From: Naegleria gruberi
Lineage: Eukaryota
DNA length: 64,000 nucleotides
Assembly: GCA_000004985.1 (NCBI GenBank)
Contig: GG738855.1
Direction: 5' to 3' (one strand)
The notes below the pieces were generated by a model. That model ran no database searches. It saw nothing but the letters and a program-made list of their open reading frames with translations, and was not told where the DNA came from. The translations under genes were made by a program, and so were the position numbers. Shown piece after piece: positions 44,860 to 57,580 of the stretch. Position 1 is the first letter of the stretch. Each line of letters begins with the position of its first letter.

Positions 44860-47800
44860 TTAAACAAATTGGTAGGCTTGTTCAAATGAGTTTTCAATAT
44901 CGCTGTCATATTCTTCTCTGAGAGAGTCCAATAAATCAGGATCAATAGGGTAGAAATGAATAGTGCCATCAGAGAGGGCAACAACAGCTTCTCTGTAATA
45001 ATCTTCAGTTGGATGGGCGAGTGTGATGGATTTAATCTCACTGGAACATGTTTCGAAAGTGTGTAATTCAGATAGATCATACAATCTTCTGATGGTAACT
45101 TGTTTCTTCATACCACCACTGATTACATATTTAGAATCAGGTGTTATCTCAATAGATTTCAATCTATCATTAATATCCAAGCTAGTGATATGTCTACCAT
45201 TAATGGTAAACAAGTGAAGACTGCAATCTGTTTCAGAGTGAATCAATACATGGCCATCAGATGAGATTTTAACAATATTAATTTGATTTCTTAATGGGTG
45301 CTCGATTGTTCTAATGTAACTTCCTTCAGTGAGTGTATGTATTAAAACACATCCATCAATATCACCACTTGCAACAATATCCAAATCATTACTAACATCT
45401 ACACACAATACACTAGCTTCGTGACCATACAAAATACGTAATGGTTGATCTGAGAGGGGATCCTTATTACTGACAACAAGTGGAATAGGGATTGGCAAGT
45501 CATCAATAACACTGGCAGCATTTACATTCACGTTGGTAATTAAATCTTTCACTTGATTCTTCAATGCATTACGTTTCAACTTTTTATAGTTGAGTGAGTA
45601 GACATTTACAGTTGCATCAGCAGAACCACTGACCAGATATCTTCCATCAGAAGTCATTGATAAGCATGTAATAATATCAGTGTGATGGAAAATACTTTGT
45701 TTCACCAAGAGTCTATCAAAGAGTGCAGAGCACTTGATACTCTTATCAAAGTGACCACAACTGAAAATCCACTTTCCATCCTTACTGCAAACAAAGCATG
45801 AATTATTTGGAGTAATATCCTTGGCAAATGGAGCACCAACTGTAGCAAATAATGTTGGCTTTTTGATCTTTCCAAGTTGGAATAATTGTCTATTAGAATC
45901 AACAACAATGACCTTATCTTCAGATTTGATGTGTTGAACAAACAAGACATCGTTACTAGATGTACTTTGTGCAGAAGCAATACTAGATGAGAATATTGGT
46001 ACAAATGCATTAGGTTTCCATTCTGGTTTTTGTGTGGATTGTTTGTTGTAACGTTGAGGGTGTGGTTTTTTGAAAAGTTGTGAAGGTGTTTGACCAAAGT
46101 TAATGATTTGAGTCTCGATAGCCTTTCTTTGGAGTGGATCTTCAACTGCATCCAAATCTACAGAACCTTCATAGGTGAGGTAGTAGAAGAGATTATGAGC
46201 CTTTTCAGCTTCAACACCAGTTTGCTTGTAACCAAATATTAAATCAATCCATTCATGCAAATGATTGGAAACATATTCACTTTCTAAGGCTTCTTTGTTG
46301 ATTCTGATAAATTCTTCTGGAGTTTTTGCCCAAGGAGGCAAAATAGCATCATCAACAACCTCCTTATTTTGCTTTACACCTAGATTGAGCTTGTTGTTAT
46401 TTCTCAAAAATTCTGGCAAGTAGAAGAATTCAGGAATTAGTTCCTTAACATCAGAATTAGAGGCCATACAATTTTCCCAAGAGACAGGTAAAGAGTGGAA
46501 TAATCTGTCTGGTAAATCGAATTGACCACCTTGGAGCTTGATATTATAGCTTGTGAAAGGCTCAAGTCTGAGCAAGAAGAATAATACAACACCAACACTA
46601 GAGTAGTGAGAACCATAATGGAATTTTGGAATGGTTTGATCTTGGAAAGCTTCATATCTTTCAAGAATATTCTTCAAACGTTTTTCATTGAGAGCACCAA
46701 CAGGTTTAGATAAATCTCTATAAATGGATGTATCATTGATATCAATGTGATCTGAGGTATAGTCCTTAATAACCCAAGGGAAAACAGGATATTGAGTAAG
46801 GTCATTATAAGTTCTATTGGCGAATGTATTCAGAGCCATGAGGTATTCAAAGTTGGAAATTTCACGATTTTGCCATTTTTGTGTCAATCTTGATTTCTTC
46901 AAGAGAGCAGATGGGGTCAATGCATAGGCATGGAATTTAAGGTTTGGAGGACGTTGACCAACCAAGGTCTTGATTACTGCATCAATGTGAGACTTGTCAA
47001 AGTTGAAGAAAAATGCTGTTCTATTCAGGAAGAAAATTTCAATACCAGTATATCTGAGGAGATATCTTCTCTTATAAATTTCATAAATCTCATCGATTGG
47101 CCATTTTTGATCAAATGCTTCTTTGAGATGTTCAATGGAGACTGTTGTGTTATCCTTTGGTTCAGCATTATCAGCCTCAGCATTGACCATGAAATAGATG
47201 TGCTTGTTTGTAATTTCAAAAGTACCCTTGATGGTGTCGAGAGAAATAACCAATTCACAAGGAACAATCAATAGAGTTTCCTCTTCTTCTCTTTCCAAGT
47301 AGAGTCCTTCCTTTGGTGTCTTGTTAATGGTTTCCCATTCGCCATCCTCGTTTTCATTTATAACTTCTTCTCCATCTTCAGAGACATAACCTTCATCATC
47401 ACTTTCACCAAGAGATTGTTCGTTGTGTTCTTCCTCCTCTTTTACTGGTTGGTTCTTGTTTTTCTCACTTCTTGATGTATGAACAAATGATGAGACTAGT
47501 TCACTTCTACAGCTCCAATCTTCATCATCATTACTTGGACTATCAACTGTTTTTTGGGAAATAATTCTATCTGATTTAGAGGCAGGTTTCATGATAATTC
47601 TCATTCTCATTCTCTTGGAGTTTTCAGTTGGATCGAGGAACATCATGAGATCATCCTTATCTTCGTCTTTAATCCAAACACCAGTTCCAGAGAAGAATTC
47701 AACCTCTTGTTTTCTCCATTCGGTGAGTGTAATCTTGGATCTTCTTCTTTGACCATCTCTCCAGTTGTTCATTCTTTGAAGCTCAGAGAAGCAGACGTGA

Positions 47801-50800
47801 GTCTTGGCATTTTGTGATTCTTGGGTTGCCTTCTTTAATTTTGGAATGTCATTGGATGCATTCTTTTCAATCACTTTGAGAATTTCATTAACTTTTTGTT
47901 CCTTCTTCTTTGAAACCTTTTCTTTTTGATTCTTTTCCTCTTCCTTGACTTCTTGATAGACTGAATTGAATGGTGGTGATTGTTTTACACCAAGCCAACC
48001 TTCTTCAGATTCCAAACTGAGAATAAATTCTTCTTGGGCAGCGTCTTGTTCAATGCAATTCAAACTTGATTGAAGATATTCCTTGGCCACTGGGGAGGTT
48101 AGAATAGTGGCCAATGAACGTTGGTTCTTTCTCAAGATGGCAGTAATGATAGGGATCAAACTATATTGTTTTTCTTCAATCTTGACAAAGAGTTTGGCCA
48201 ATGTATAGAATACTCTAGCTTGACTCATAATTGTATCCTCACTTTCAGTCTTGAAGGTTGGTTTTGGAACTCTGTTGTGTCTAATATCATTACTAAGAAG
48301 AGCTAGCATTCTGATACCGTGTTTGGCTTCTTGAATCTCCTTTTCGTCCAATTCGCACAAAAGGAAGAGTTGCAATCTGAAAAGAACAAAGAAGAGTGAT
48401 GGTGTTGGAATGTTACTTCTTGCGTTTGTTAAATCGGTAGCAATACTGATAATGGTTTGAAGAATGAATGGATTGGTATTCTTCTTGAAACCGTCATGAT
48501 GCAACAATTCCATAGCCTTTGGATCCTTGATAGACATTTTGATAATATAGTCAAAACCTTGCATGAGATATTTGATTATGTAGAGTTTTTCATTGTGACG
48601 GTTGTCTAGTTTGATAATAACACTTGAAGCATCTGGAATTTCTTGCTTACTGTCTGTTGTGAGAACAAATTGTTCGACAGCTAAAGTAATTCTAAAGAGG
48701 TTTCTCCAAAACTCTAAATCCTTATTGAATTGAGTGTTGTTAATTTGGTTAATAACAAATGGTAAGAATCTCTTCAGGAAGATAATAAATGCTGAGGTTC
48801 TATCAATTTCCTTTCTATCGCAAATAATTTCAATTTGGTAGAAGGTTTCCTTCAATTGCTTGTAACCATTGGTAAGATTCAAATGTTCTGACAATACAAT
48901 AGAAATAGTGTCGATAGCGCTTTCAAATAGAGAGTATGCCTTATCAGGTGCAGATCCAGATTCTGGAATAGCAAGAGACAAGATCCAATTTTGCCAACCA
49001 AACTGTTGTCCAAACATTACTCTATTGTGAGGATTTGATTTAAGGAGCATGTTAAAATCTGATAGAGCCTTTTCCTTTGTACTCAGAGACTTGTTAGAAG
49101 TCAAATTAAAGAATGTTCCCAAGAGATCTGGTAAAAGTATTCTTGTTCCTCCTTTGGAAATGTCTGTTGATATTATACTATTGATATTGAAACTAATCTT
49201 ACACAAAATAATTTCTAACAAGGCAGTGTAAGTTTCTTCATCAAAGGTATTCTCGTTAAGTAATAAATGTTCGATAAGTAAAATGTATCCAAGGTTCTTA
49301 AACTTGAGTCTTTTTTCAGAATTTGATCTTTCCATAATTTTACCAATAAGTTTCAGAGAGAAGATACGAATCTTCTTCTTACTATTGGTTAACATGTGAA
49401 GGAGTGGAAGCATTACCTTCTCTTCAGAAAGACTGTCAATAATATTTGGAATTTCCTCATCAATTAATACTAAAACCCATTTGAGAGTTTCGACAACTTG
49501 TTTCTCATCAGAGCAGTCAACAATACATGACACAATTGCCTCTGCTTCAGTCTTGCTTATACCTGATCTAATCATGAGTTTGATAATTTCTGTCAGTTGA
49601 AGTCTAAGAGCATAAATTTCTTCTTCCTTTGGTCTAACTGTTGGTTGATAAATTCTTTCAGGTTCCTTCTCAGGTTTATACCAGAAGAAATATCTCATAA
49701 CGTCCAAAATGAATTGAACTCCAACAATTTCATGGAAATATTCTGGATTTCTGGATACTTCTTCATAGAGGAAATGTAACATGTTGCTATGAATGTCAAA
49801 ATCAACAGATACCCACAACTCGAAACTCAAAAACAATTGAAGGAAAATTTCTCTAATGATTGGATCTTTTGGATCTCCAGCGCATTCAATAAGTCCTTGG
49901 AGGGCTTTAAGAGTATCATGATTAATGTGTTCTGGAGGAATTTGACCAAGAATATGGCCAAGTGTACTTAGACTGTTCTTTTGTATCATATCTTGTTGAT
50001 TTTTCTTATTATGTCTCAACATTTCAGTAATAAGAGAAACAGTTCTAGCACACATGGAATAATCGACAGTCCAGTCTTTTCTCAATAAACTAAACAGTGG
50101 GAAGAGTACTTCAACACCACCAATACAGTTCAATGTATCCTTGACTGGGTGAGTAACAAAAATGGATGTGCCTTGCAAGAGTCTTGCATCAGTTGAATAA
50201 CCTTTCTTTGTACCTGAGTTATCAGGGCACTTGTAATCTTTTGTACATGATCGAGGATTATACAGACAAACCAATCTTTGGGAATATGAATCAGCTCCAG
50301 TCCAATCGAAATACCTTGGTTGAGAATCTCCCTTCTTGAATGTATATTGGAAATCTGGACCAGACCAGTAGATTTTTTGAATTTCTTGAAGAGTGAAGAA
50401 TTTGTCAAATATTGCTATTGGTCCAGCTTGACCACAAAATGAAAGCACTCTTGGTTGTTTGTTATCTGCAGGAATATTTGTACAAAAGTGAGCGAATGAA
50501 ACTTGACCACTGATTGGTGGATATTTCAGTTCTGATATTTGTTTTTGTTCTCCATCAACAAAGAGCACAATATCACTCTTCATCAAGAACTTTTTGTTTT
50601 GACTGAATGAAACAAAGTACCATCTATTTGTGTGGAAAAAGTGATCGAAAGTAATATTTTGTTGTTTTTTGCCACCAGATACAACCTGAACACAAATATG
50701 ATTTCCTTTGAAGAAGAATTCCAAACCATTCAACTTTTTATCAAAAAAGCTGAAAAATCTATAGCAGTTTGATTTGGTGGTTCTTTCAATTCTTAACCAA

Positions 50801-51743
50801 CAACTAAATGTATATCCATTGGAGGGAAACATTAAATTGTCAGCAACTAGACCACAATCAATTCCATCAAAACTGAAAAATGATGAAGGAGAATCATATC
50901 TTGACATCTTTCTAATTACTTCCAAAATCAAAGGTGACAAATCTTTATCCAAAGAATAGCCATCAGAGTCTTCATCTACAGTATTTTTTGAATCACTAAT
51001 CTTTGTTCTCATCAATTTTATCAATGTCTTTAATTCTCTAGCAGACACACTAAAACTTCCAACAATACCAACCAAATAAATTAATTTTTGAATGACATTT
51101 AGACTAAACTTTGAATGTTTCGAAAGTAAATTATTAATCGTTTGTACTAATCCAACTGATGCAGCAACGCTATTATCAATTGTGCATTCCTCCAAGAGAA
51201 CAATAAAAATATCTAGTATTTCAATTTGGATTTCTTCGGCAAGATATGGAAGTAATGTAAATATGACTGTTATGGTTTTTGGTGATTGGAAAATAAAGTT
51301 AGTTTGTGAATCGAAACGTGCTGTTGATCCGACAAGCTATTAATGTTATGTTATAAAAAACAAATAATTCATCATCACCAATTACAATTAATATATAGAG
51401 TATATTTTAGATTCATCAAATAAATACATACTGTATCTAATAAACAATCCATCAATAATTTCATAGATTTTCTATCACTTCCAAAAACTTTAACCAATTC
51501 CGCAATTCTATTCTCCTCCTGTTCAGTCATGACTGATCCTGATGATGAATACATTAATAATTGTCTCAAAATATCATGTTGTTGCGTAGATAGATGAATC
51601 AAAGCAGGTTGATTTGACTTGGGTTCCTCTCTTTGGACAAAGTGTTGTTGTTGTTGCTGTTGTGCCACAACATTATTTCCGGCACGATTGGATGCAGTAG
51701 ATTGTTGTTGATTACTACTTCCGCCTCCAAAGAAAGAGAACAT
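44860..51743 (-). CDS. BEACH-domain protein (LvsA/neurobeachin/LRBA-like) with PH-like and BEACH domains and C-terminal WD40 repeats. Two exons, approximately 51743..51433 and 51336..44860.
   Basis: BEACH signature WQNREISNFEYLMALNTFANRTYNDLTQYPVFPWVIKDYTS in the 2111-aa ORF. WD40-like repeats near the C-terminus (..SGSADATVNVYS.., ..GHEASVLCVDVS..). The 44860..51195 ORF 'M' is a TTG. Its frame stays open upstream to an acceptor at ~51336. A ~96-nt intron (GTATGT..AATAG) links it to first exon 51743..~51433 (MFSFFGGGSSNQQQ..., ATG at 51741-51743). Confidence 0.85.
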
Positions 51744-51924
51744 TTTTTATTGTTGTGATGTGCTGGAAAATCTTTTTTAAAATCCGAATAGCCAACAACG
51801 GTTATCAACCAAAGAACGACACTATCCAATAACATTCCAACACTATTAGAATAGTTTCGTTTTCAAAGAGAAGAGGATCCGATGAAAGTAAATTGAGAAT
51901 TAGAAATAATAAAATTTTTGAGCT

Positions 51925-53592
51925 TTATTGAGATATCAAGGTCAAGTGAGGATAACTTTGCAAATTGAATTTGAGAGGGGAAATGTTGGGACAATCTGAA
52001 AGAGTTAATATTTTCACATTTGGAGCACATTGTAGGAATCTTTCGAGTAGCTGATCATTAATTTGAATACTATGGGATAAATCTAAATGAGTTAATTTTT
52101 CAAATTTGTTGGCAAATGACTTTTGGTTGATTTTCTGTATCTTTAAACTCTTCAAATTTGGACAATCTATTGTACATTCCACAGAGGTATCTCCTAACAC
52201 TGTCAATTCTTCCAAATGTTCAGATCGAACAGCATCATCATGGAGGAAATTCACTTGCACTTCTCTCAATTTAGGGAAGAATGGGAAAATATTTCCCAAA
52301 TCATATTTTACATTATGCAAATGCAAGAGGGTTAGATTAGGTAAAAAGTTTCTAATATTTTCAAAATTAGCACAACAATATGGCTCTATAATTAAATTTT
52401 CAATAGATTCCATTTGTTTGGTAAACTTTTCATCAAAATAGCTCATAATTTTAAGTGTCCTAAGTTGGGTACATCTCTCCATAAACTTTTCAAAATTAAA
52501 GGCATGAACTCGATTAATACTAAGATAGGTCAATGAATCTGTCAACTTTTTACAATTAAAATCCAGAGTTAATGAGGGTGGATTCGTTTCAAAGTCAATC
52601 TCTACATGACTCAATTCGGAAGATTCAGTTGTCAACTCAATACTTGATAATCCTGTACATTCTAACAACTTTAAAATCTGTAAATTTGCTAATTTCTCCA
52701 TGAAAAATCTATAAGTTTCGTCATTCAACTTGCATTTGAACAAGTCTAATACTGTTATATTGGAAAATGTTGCCGACATATCTTCCTCAATACATCTCTG
52801 CAGAACAGTATCTCTTCTATATTCTTCTCTCACACTTTCAATCTTGTTTTCAATTGTATCTTGAGCATTTGCATTGTCAGATGTTGCTGTCGATTTACTT
52901 CTTTTAAAAATTGAGAATATTGACTTTCGTTTTGTAGTTTTTGGTTGTTCTAGAGTGGCATTGATGGCTCTAATACGTTTGGTCAATCTTCCCTTTAGTA
53001 ATGTACATTCGGATAGTTTCAACTCGTTCAATTCTTTCAAATTATAAATCATGTAATAAATCAATTCAAATGAAAATCCATCTCGGAGTTGATCCAATTC
53101 CACTCTTTTCAATTTTTCGAACAAGATAACAGAAGATAACTTTTCAATCTCTTCAATCATTAAATTTTCTTCGAATAATTCTCTCAACAAGTTTGTATTT
53201 GAAAGTTGTTGTGCCGACTGACTACTTCCAGTACTACTGCTACTATTATTACTTGTTGGTGAAGAGGGTGGTTGTAGGAAGGGTTGGAAATATTCACTTT
53301 CATCAACACTCAACGAAGAGGAGTTAATTTTCAATTCGTGTATCATTCCGACCAGAGATTCAAACCACTGCTTACAAACTAAAAGGGTTGAATTTTGCAA
53401 ATGTTCTCTAAAGGAGAGAAATTTGAAAATGTGCACAAGAGTTTCAGGCTGGAGTGGATGATGCCTATTTACACTACTCTTTTCCATAATGAACGAAGAG
53501 GTGAATTCTTCCTCGGCTTGTCCAATTGGTTTCAGCTGTATTTCTTCTTCATTATGGTTGGGATGTGTTGTTGGATACTGTCCATTGGCCAT
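51925..53592 (-). CDS. F-box / leucine-rich-repeat protein
   Basis: ATG 53590-53592. F-box-like LVHIFKFLSFREHLQNSTLLVCKQWFESL. C-terminal half has repeated LxxLxLxxC-type LRR units (..LTHLDLSHSIQINDQLLERFLQCAPNVKILTLSDCPNIS..). Confidence 0.55.
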   Translation of the reverse strand: MANGQYPTTHPNHNEEEIQLKPIGQAEEEFTSSFIMEKSSVNRHHPLQPETLVHIFKFLSFREHLQNSTLLVCKQWFESLVGMIHELKINSSSLSVDESEYFQPFLQPPSSPTSNNSSSSTGSSQSAQQLSNTNLLRELFEENLMIEEIEKLSSVILFEKLKRVELDQLRDGFSFELIYYMIYNLKELNELKLSECTLLKGRLTKRIRAINATLEQPKTTKRKSIFSIFKRSKSTATSDNANAQDTIENKIESVREEYRRDTVLQRCIEEDMSATFSNITVLDLFKCKLNDETYRFFMEKLANLQILKLLECTGLSSIELTTESSELSHVEIDFETNPPSLTLDFNCKKLTDSLTYLSINRVHAFNFEKFMERCTQLRTLKIMSYFDEKFTKQMESIENLIIEPYCCANFENIRNFLPNLTLLHLHNVKYDLGNIFPFFPKLREVQVNFLHDDAVRSEHLEELTVLGDTSVECTIDCPNLKSLKIQKINQKSFANKFEKLTHLDLSHSIQINDQLLERFLQCAPNVKILTLSDCPNISPLKFNLQSYPHLTLISQ

Positions 53593-53962
53593 ATCACCAC
53601 GAGTTGCTGCTGTTGTATTTGTTGAAGAAGGTTGTTCAAATATTATGGGAAAGGAGTGTTGCTGTTGTTGTTAATGATCATTACAGGTTGTTTCGAAGTC
53701 ATCATGATGGTTTTGTTTTTTACGATTGTATGATGGGAAAGTTTGATGTCAATTTTCAACCTCTTGAGAGAATTGAGTTTCCACTAATGATACTCTCCTT
53801 CCATAAGAAAGGTGCGAAGAGCAACATAGTGACTGATACTTCCAAATGGATCAAAACATTTTCATAAGGTAACTTGTTGGGGATAATTGATGCAAATGGT
53901 TGAGCATCTATTAATTATGAATTTAAAATTATTTATTCGAAATATGTAGGCACACTATGTTT

Positions 53963-55763
53963 TTACAATCTCTTAGATTGATTGGCAAATAACCATGGTT
54001 GTAAGAATACACTCACTAACCCAGCTAAACTAATACCAATGGCATCAGAAACTGAAACAACACTCATGGAAAATTCTCTTTCCCTCACTGGTACTTCTGT
54101 AGAGATGCAATAATAGGTATTGACATAGGTGGCTCCTCCTAAAAATCCTTCAAACAAAATGAAACAGAATGTGAAGAAAATTACTGGAACAAATCTAAAG
54201 TAAGCATCCAAGAATAAAAAGATGAATAGACAACATTGTAAAACTGCTGGGACCCACAAACGTTTGATTGGGAAAATATCTGCATGATGAATGCGGTGTT
54301 ATCACAACAATGATGATAAATATACTTACTGACAGATGATCTAGAAATGAATACACCGGCTGTGTTTGATTCGATTTTTGTGATAATAGTTGATCATTCC
54401 AAATATGAAATTCAATAAAAGAAATTACTTACTCTGATATAAGAATTGATAATAAACGTAATCATCCTTCTTTGGAATTAATTCTTTTCTGAATGTTAAA
54501 TTTGGAGAAACACCTTGATTGATTGCATATTCTGCAAAGTAAACAGTGGTCAATGGAAGCATATATTTCAAAGCAAGAGGCTGTATGTTAATAATAATAT
54601 TAAATGAAATTGAAATAAGCAAATCAAACTTTGAAATACTTACCAAAACAAGTTTGATTTTTTCCTTCATTGTTAATGGATTTGTTGGAGTGGAAGATTC
54701 CTTAACCATACCTCTTCCTCTCGAGCAGAAACCAGCAGCATAGTGAGATCCACTCATAATTAAAAATGTGGCCAATAGCATGAGTAATGGCAATGGTGTA
54801 ATAATGGACAGGGAAATACTTGGACTCAGATTTAACCAACCCTTAAGAGCCAAGTATGAAAGAGCACCAAAAATACCAGCACCTCCAGTTCCTATAAATG
54901 AATTACATAATGAAACCAATTTCCATATTAATAATATTTGAATTAGAAATTATATAAAATTATATAAATTATTAGAATATAAAATAATGAACTTTTTGCA
55001 AAAATCTTACCTGAAGACCAAGCAGAAATGGTATTCTTATGATAATATGAAGACATGGCCAAGAAGGTAATTTCACCACCACCAGAAGAAAGAGATGCCA
55101 ACACTACACCCACCAACTTTAAATAAATATTATCAAACCAAGCAACCATTTGGAAACTGGCCAAAGCCAACAAGACAGCCAAACCAACACGAATATTATA
55201 TGGAATGGCATGCATAAAGAACGGAGCAAGAGCTTTCAAAAACAGTGTTGGTAAAATATCGGCCAACAAGACAATACCAGATTGTCCATGAATTAAATCC
55301 TCTACAATAAAATCAATAGATTATTATTCGAAAGTGAAATGATATTTTCCATCATTAACATCAAAATTCATCCGATTATTAATAATGTTTCCAATATTGT
55401 TAATATTATTATTTAACACGTACCAGCTGCTGATAACATAATCACATAACTGTAATTATTTAATAATCCACAAATGAAGAAGGCAATAAGATCTCTCGTC
55501 TTGGCACCTTCCTTCTTTTTCTTTCCTCCTTCATCGGCAGCATCCACTAATTTATCACCATCTTGACTATTCACTGTACTGATTTTTTCAATGAAAATTT
55601 GTTGTTGCTGTTGTTGTTCCTCGGCATCATCATTTAAAAGCCTCAATTTTGAATGATTGAAATGTTGTTGTTGCTCCTCATCATGATGTTGATCCAATAA
55701 TTGTTTATCCCCATAGATTGCCCCATACGAATTATTGTTGAATTTAATTGGATTTTCCTCCAT
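53963..55763 (-). CDS. CLN3: CLN3 / battenin homolog (lysosomal multi-pass membrane protein), at least 4-5 exons.
   Basis: Minus-strand exon ORFs 55413..55826 (true ATG ~55763), 54943..55269, 54425..54919 and 53963..54259, separated by short introns with ACTTAC/GTA.. donors. One or two small exons lie at ~54300-54400. Hallmark segments IAFFICGLLNNYSYVIMLSAAG (CLN3 [20 protein letters not shown]), GTGGAGIFGALSYLAL (CLN3 GTGGAGVLGALSYLGL) and EITFLAMSSYY. Confidence 0.7.
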
Positions 55764-55990
55764 TTTCCTCTTTCCGATGATGAGATTGGGGGAGAGTTTG
55801 ATTGAACGTTTTTTTAAAGATTTCAATTAAAATTGTTTAACAGATATTTGGGTGGACCTCAGAACTGGAAAGCATCACAGGTTCAAAGAGGAGATTGGTA
55901 ATTTAACATGGTGTTATCATACTTTCTATTACAAAAATTCAGTTTCAACTTTAAGCCTTACATTTTATTGGAATTAGACCAAGTAACTAG

Positions 55991-56818
55991 TTAGAGTGAT
56001 TCTTCTTCATTATTAAAAGCAGCGTCCATTGATGACAATCCAAGCATTGACATGGCTCTGGAAACGTCATCACCTCTTTCCTTGAATAAACATTCAAATC
56101 CAGACTCGGCAACTGTAACCAAGACGATAGTATTTGATTTGATATCTTCAGGAATATCATTTTCAAATACATCCTTAATCAATTCAGCAGTAGCAGAATT
56201 ACTAGTCCAAACATGGAGAATTTGCTTCTTCATATTACAATTCAAAACTCCCTTTGTTGAACTAATGACTCCCTCAAGTTTCTTCTTTAAAAGGTGCTTG
56301 ATTGAGCTTCTAGAAACTGTTGAACTAAGGTCCAAGAAATTGAAACATCTTGTAACAGAACATCCAATGAAAACACTTTCCTTTGTGAGGTTATTTTCAA
56401 TTTTAAGAGCAAAATCAGTAATTTTGCTTCCCTCAGCATAGGTCAATTCCATTTCTGTTTTAAAGAGTGAAACTGTAACATTGGATTTGCTAAAAAGTTG
56501 TTTGATAAATTCAAAAGATAAAACTTCAGAAAATACAGAATTTCCTCCGGCATTACTGACACAGAGTAATCTCTTTGAATCTAATGAGAGTTCACAACCC
56601 TTGAATAAATCACAGAACTGAGCAGCATTATCACTACTCGAAGAATTGACGACACCATTCGATTTCCATTCAGTAAGTAAACATAAATGTCCAGAACTTT
56701 CAGAAAATACATTTTCAACAAGTGAATCACTCAAAGTTGTGTCAGAACTTTTGAGTGAGCAATTGATAGATTCACTGTCAAAGGTGCTGCCTGACGAACT
56801 AGACAGTTCTGAAGCCAC
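55991..56818 (-). CDS. Hypothetical 275-aa protein. The ORF has no in-frame ATG near its 5' end.
   Basis: Long open frame (..TFDSESINCSLKSSDTTLS...DAAFNNEEESL*). The track's 'M' is GTG. The nearest upstream ATG (56947) is in the +1 frame and terminates at 56803-56805. No domain recognised. Confidence 0.35.
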   Translation of the reverse strand: MASELSSSSGSTFDSESINCSLKSSDTTLSDSLVENVFSESSGHLCLLTEWKSNGVVNSSSSDNAAQFCDLFKGCELSLDSKRLLCVSNAGGNSVFSEVLSFEFIKQLFSKSNVTVSLFKTEMELTYAEGSKITDFALKIENNLTKESVFIGCSVTRCFNFLDLSSTVSRSSIKHLLKKKLEGVISSTKGVLNCNMKKQILHVWTSNSATAELIKDVFENDIPEDIKSNTIVLVTVAESGFECLFKERGDDVSRAMSMLGLSSMDAAFNNEEESL

Positions 56819-57252
56819 GACAGCACAAGTAGTTCGGGCAAGTAGAGAAACAGATTCCCTCGTTCGGGCATTGGTTCGGGCTAGCTTGAAGACTCAATAA
56901 GCACGAGTCACTAGAGGTGGTTGATGGAGTGGTAGTAGAGGTCATTTGGTTGGGGTTTTAGATCAGTGGTTTTAAGAGCAATCTCTTTTGCGATAGAATA
57001 AATTTTTTTCTTGTTGTTTTTGAAAATGTGTGTCCACACTACCAGATAAAATAGATCTATTTTTAAAAAGTATGTTGTTTATTTTTAGAGTAAGTTCGTA
57101 TGTACATGCATACGGAAGAATTTCCGAGAAAATATCGAGAGAGTTTACAAAAAACAAGTTGCAATTTTTAATCTCAAACGAGAAATTTCTAGTTTCAAAC
57201 AACTTGATTAAACCTCCAATTCCTTAATATATTACATGATTGGATCATTGAC

Positions 57253-57371
57253 GGCTACGGCCATATCACGATGAATGCACCTCATCCCGTCCGATTTGAG
57301 AAGTTAAGCATCGTAGAGCCACATCAGTACTGAGGTTGGAGACAACTTGGGAACCTGTGGTGCTGTAGTCT
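57253..57371 (+). rRNA. 5S ribosomal RNA gene (copy 1)
   Basis: ~119 nt GGCTACGGCCATATCACGATGAATGCACCTCATCCCGTCCGATTTGAGAAGTTAAGCATCGTAGAGCC...GGTGCTGTAGTCT. Termini pair as helix I (GGCTACGG/CTGTAGTC with two G-U pairs). Internal Pol III box A/IE/C region AAGTTAAGC. Followed by a TTTTTT terminator. Confidence 0.85.
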
Positions 57372-57580
57372 TTTTTGCATTCTAAATTCCAGTGTGGCAC
57401 CAATATGCTTGAAACTTTAAATGATTTATTTGACTATTGAAAAGTAGTAACATTCATGTTCTGAAAAAGAAGTTTGTATTAGTGCCTTTACAATAAGCAT
57501 ATTTAAATAAATAATACTCTTATTATGTAATTCAGAGTTTCTTCTTCTAAACTTAGAACATTGCAGAACTTTGTAAAAAA

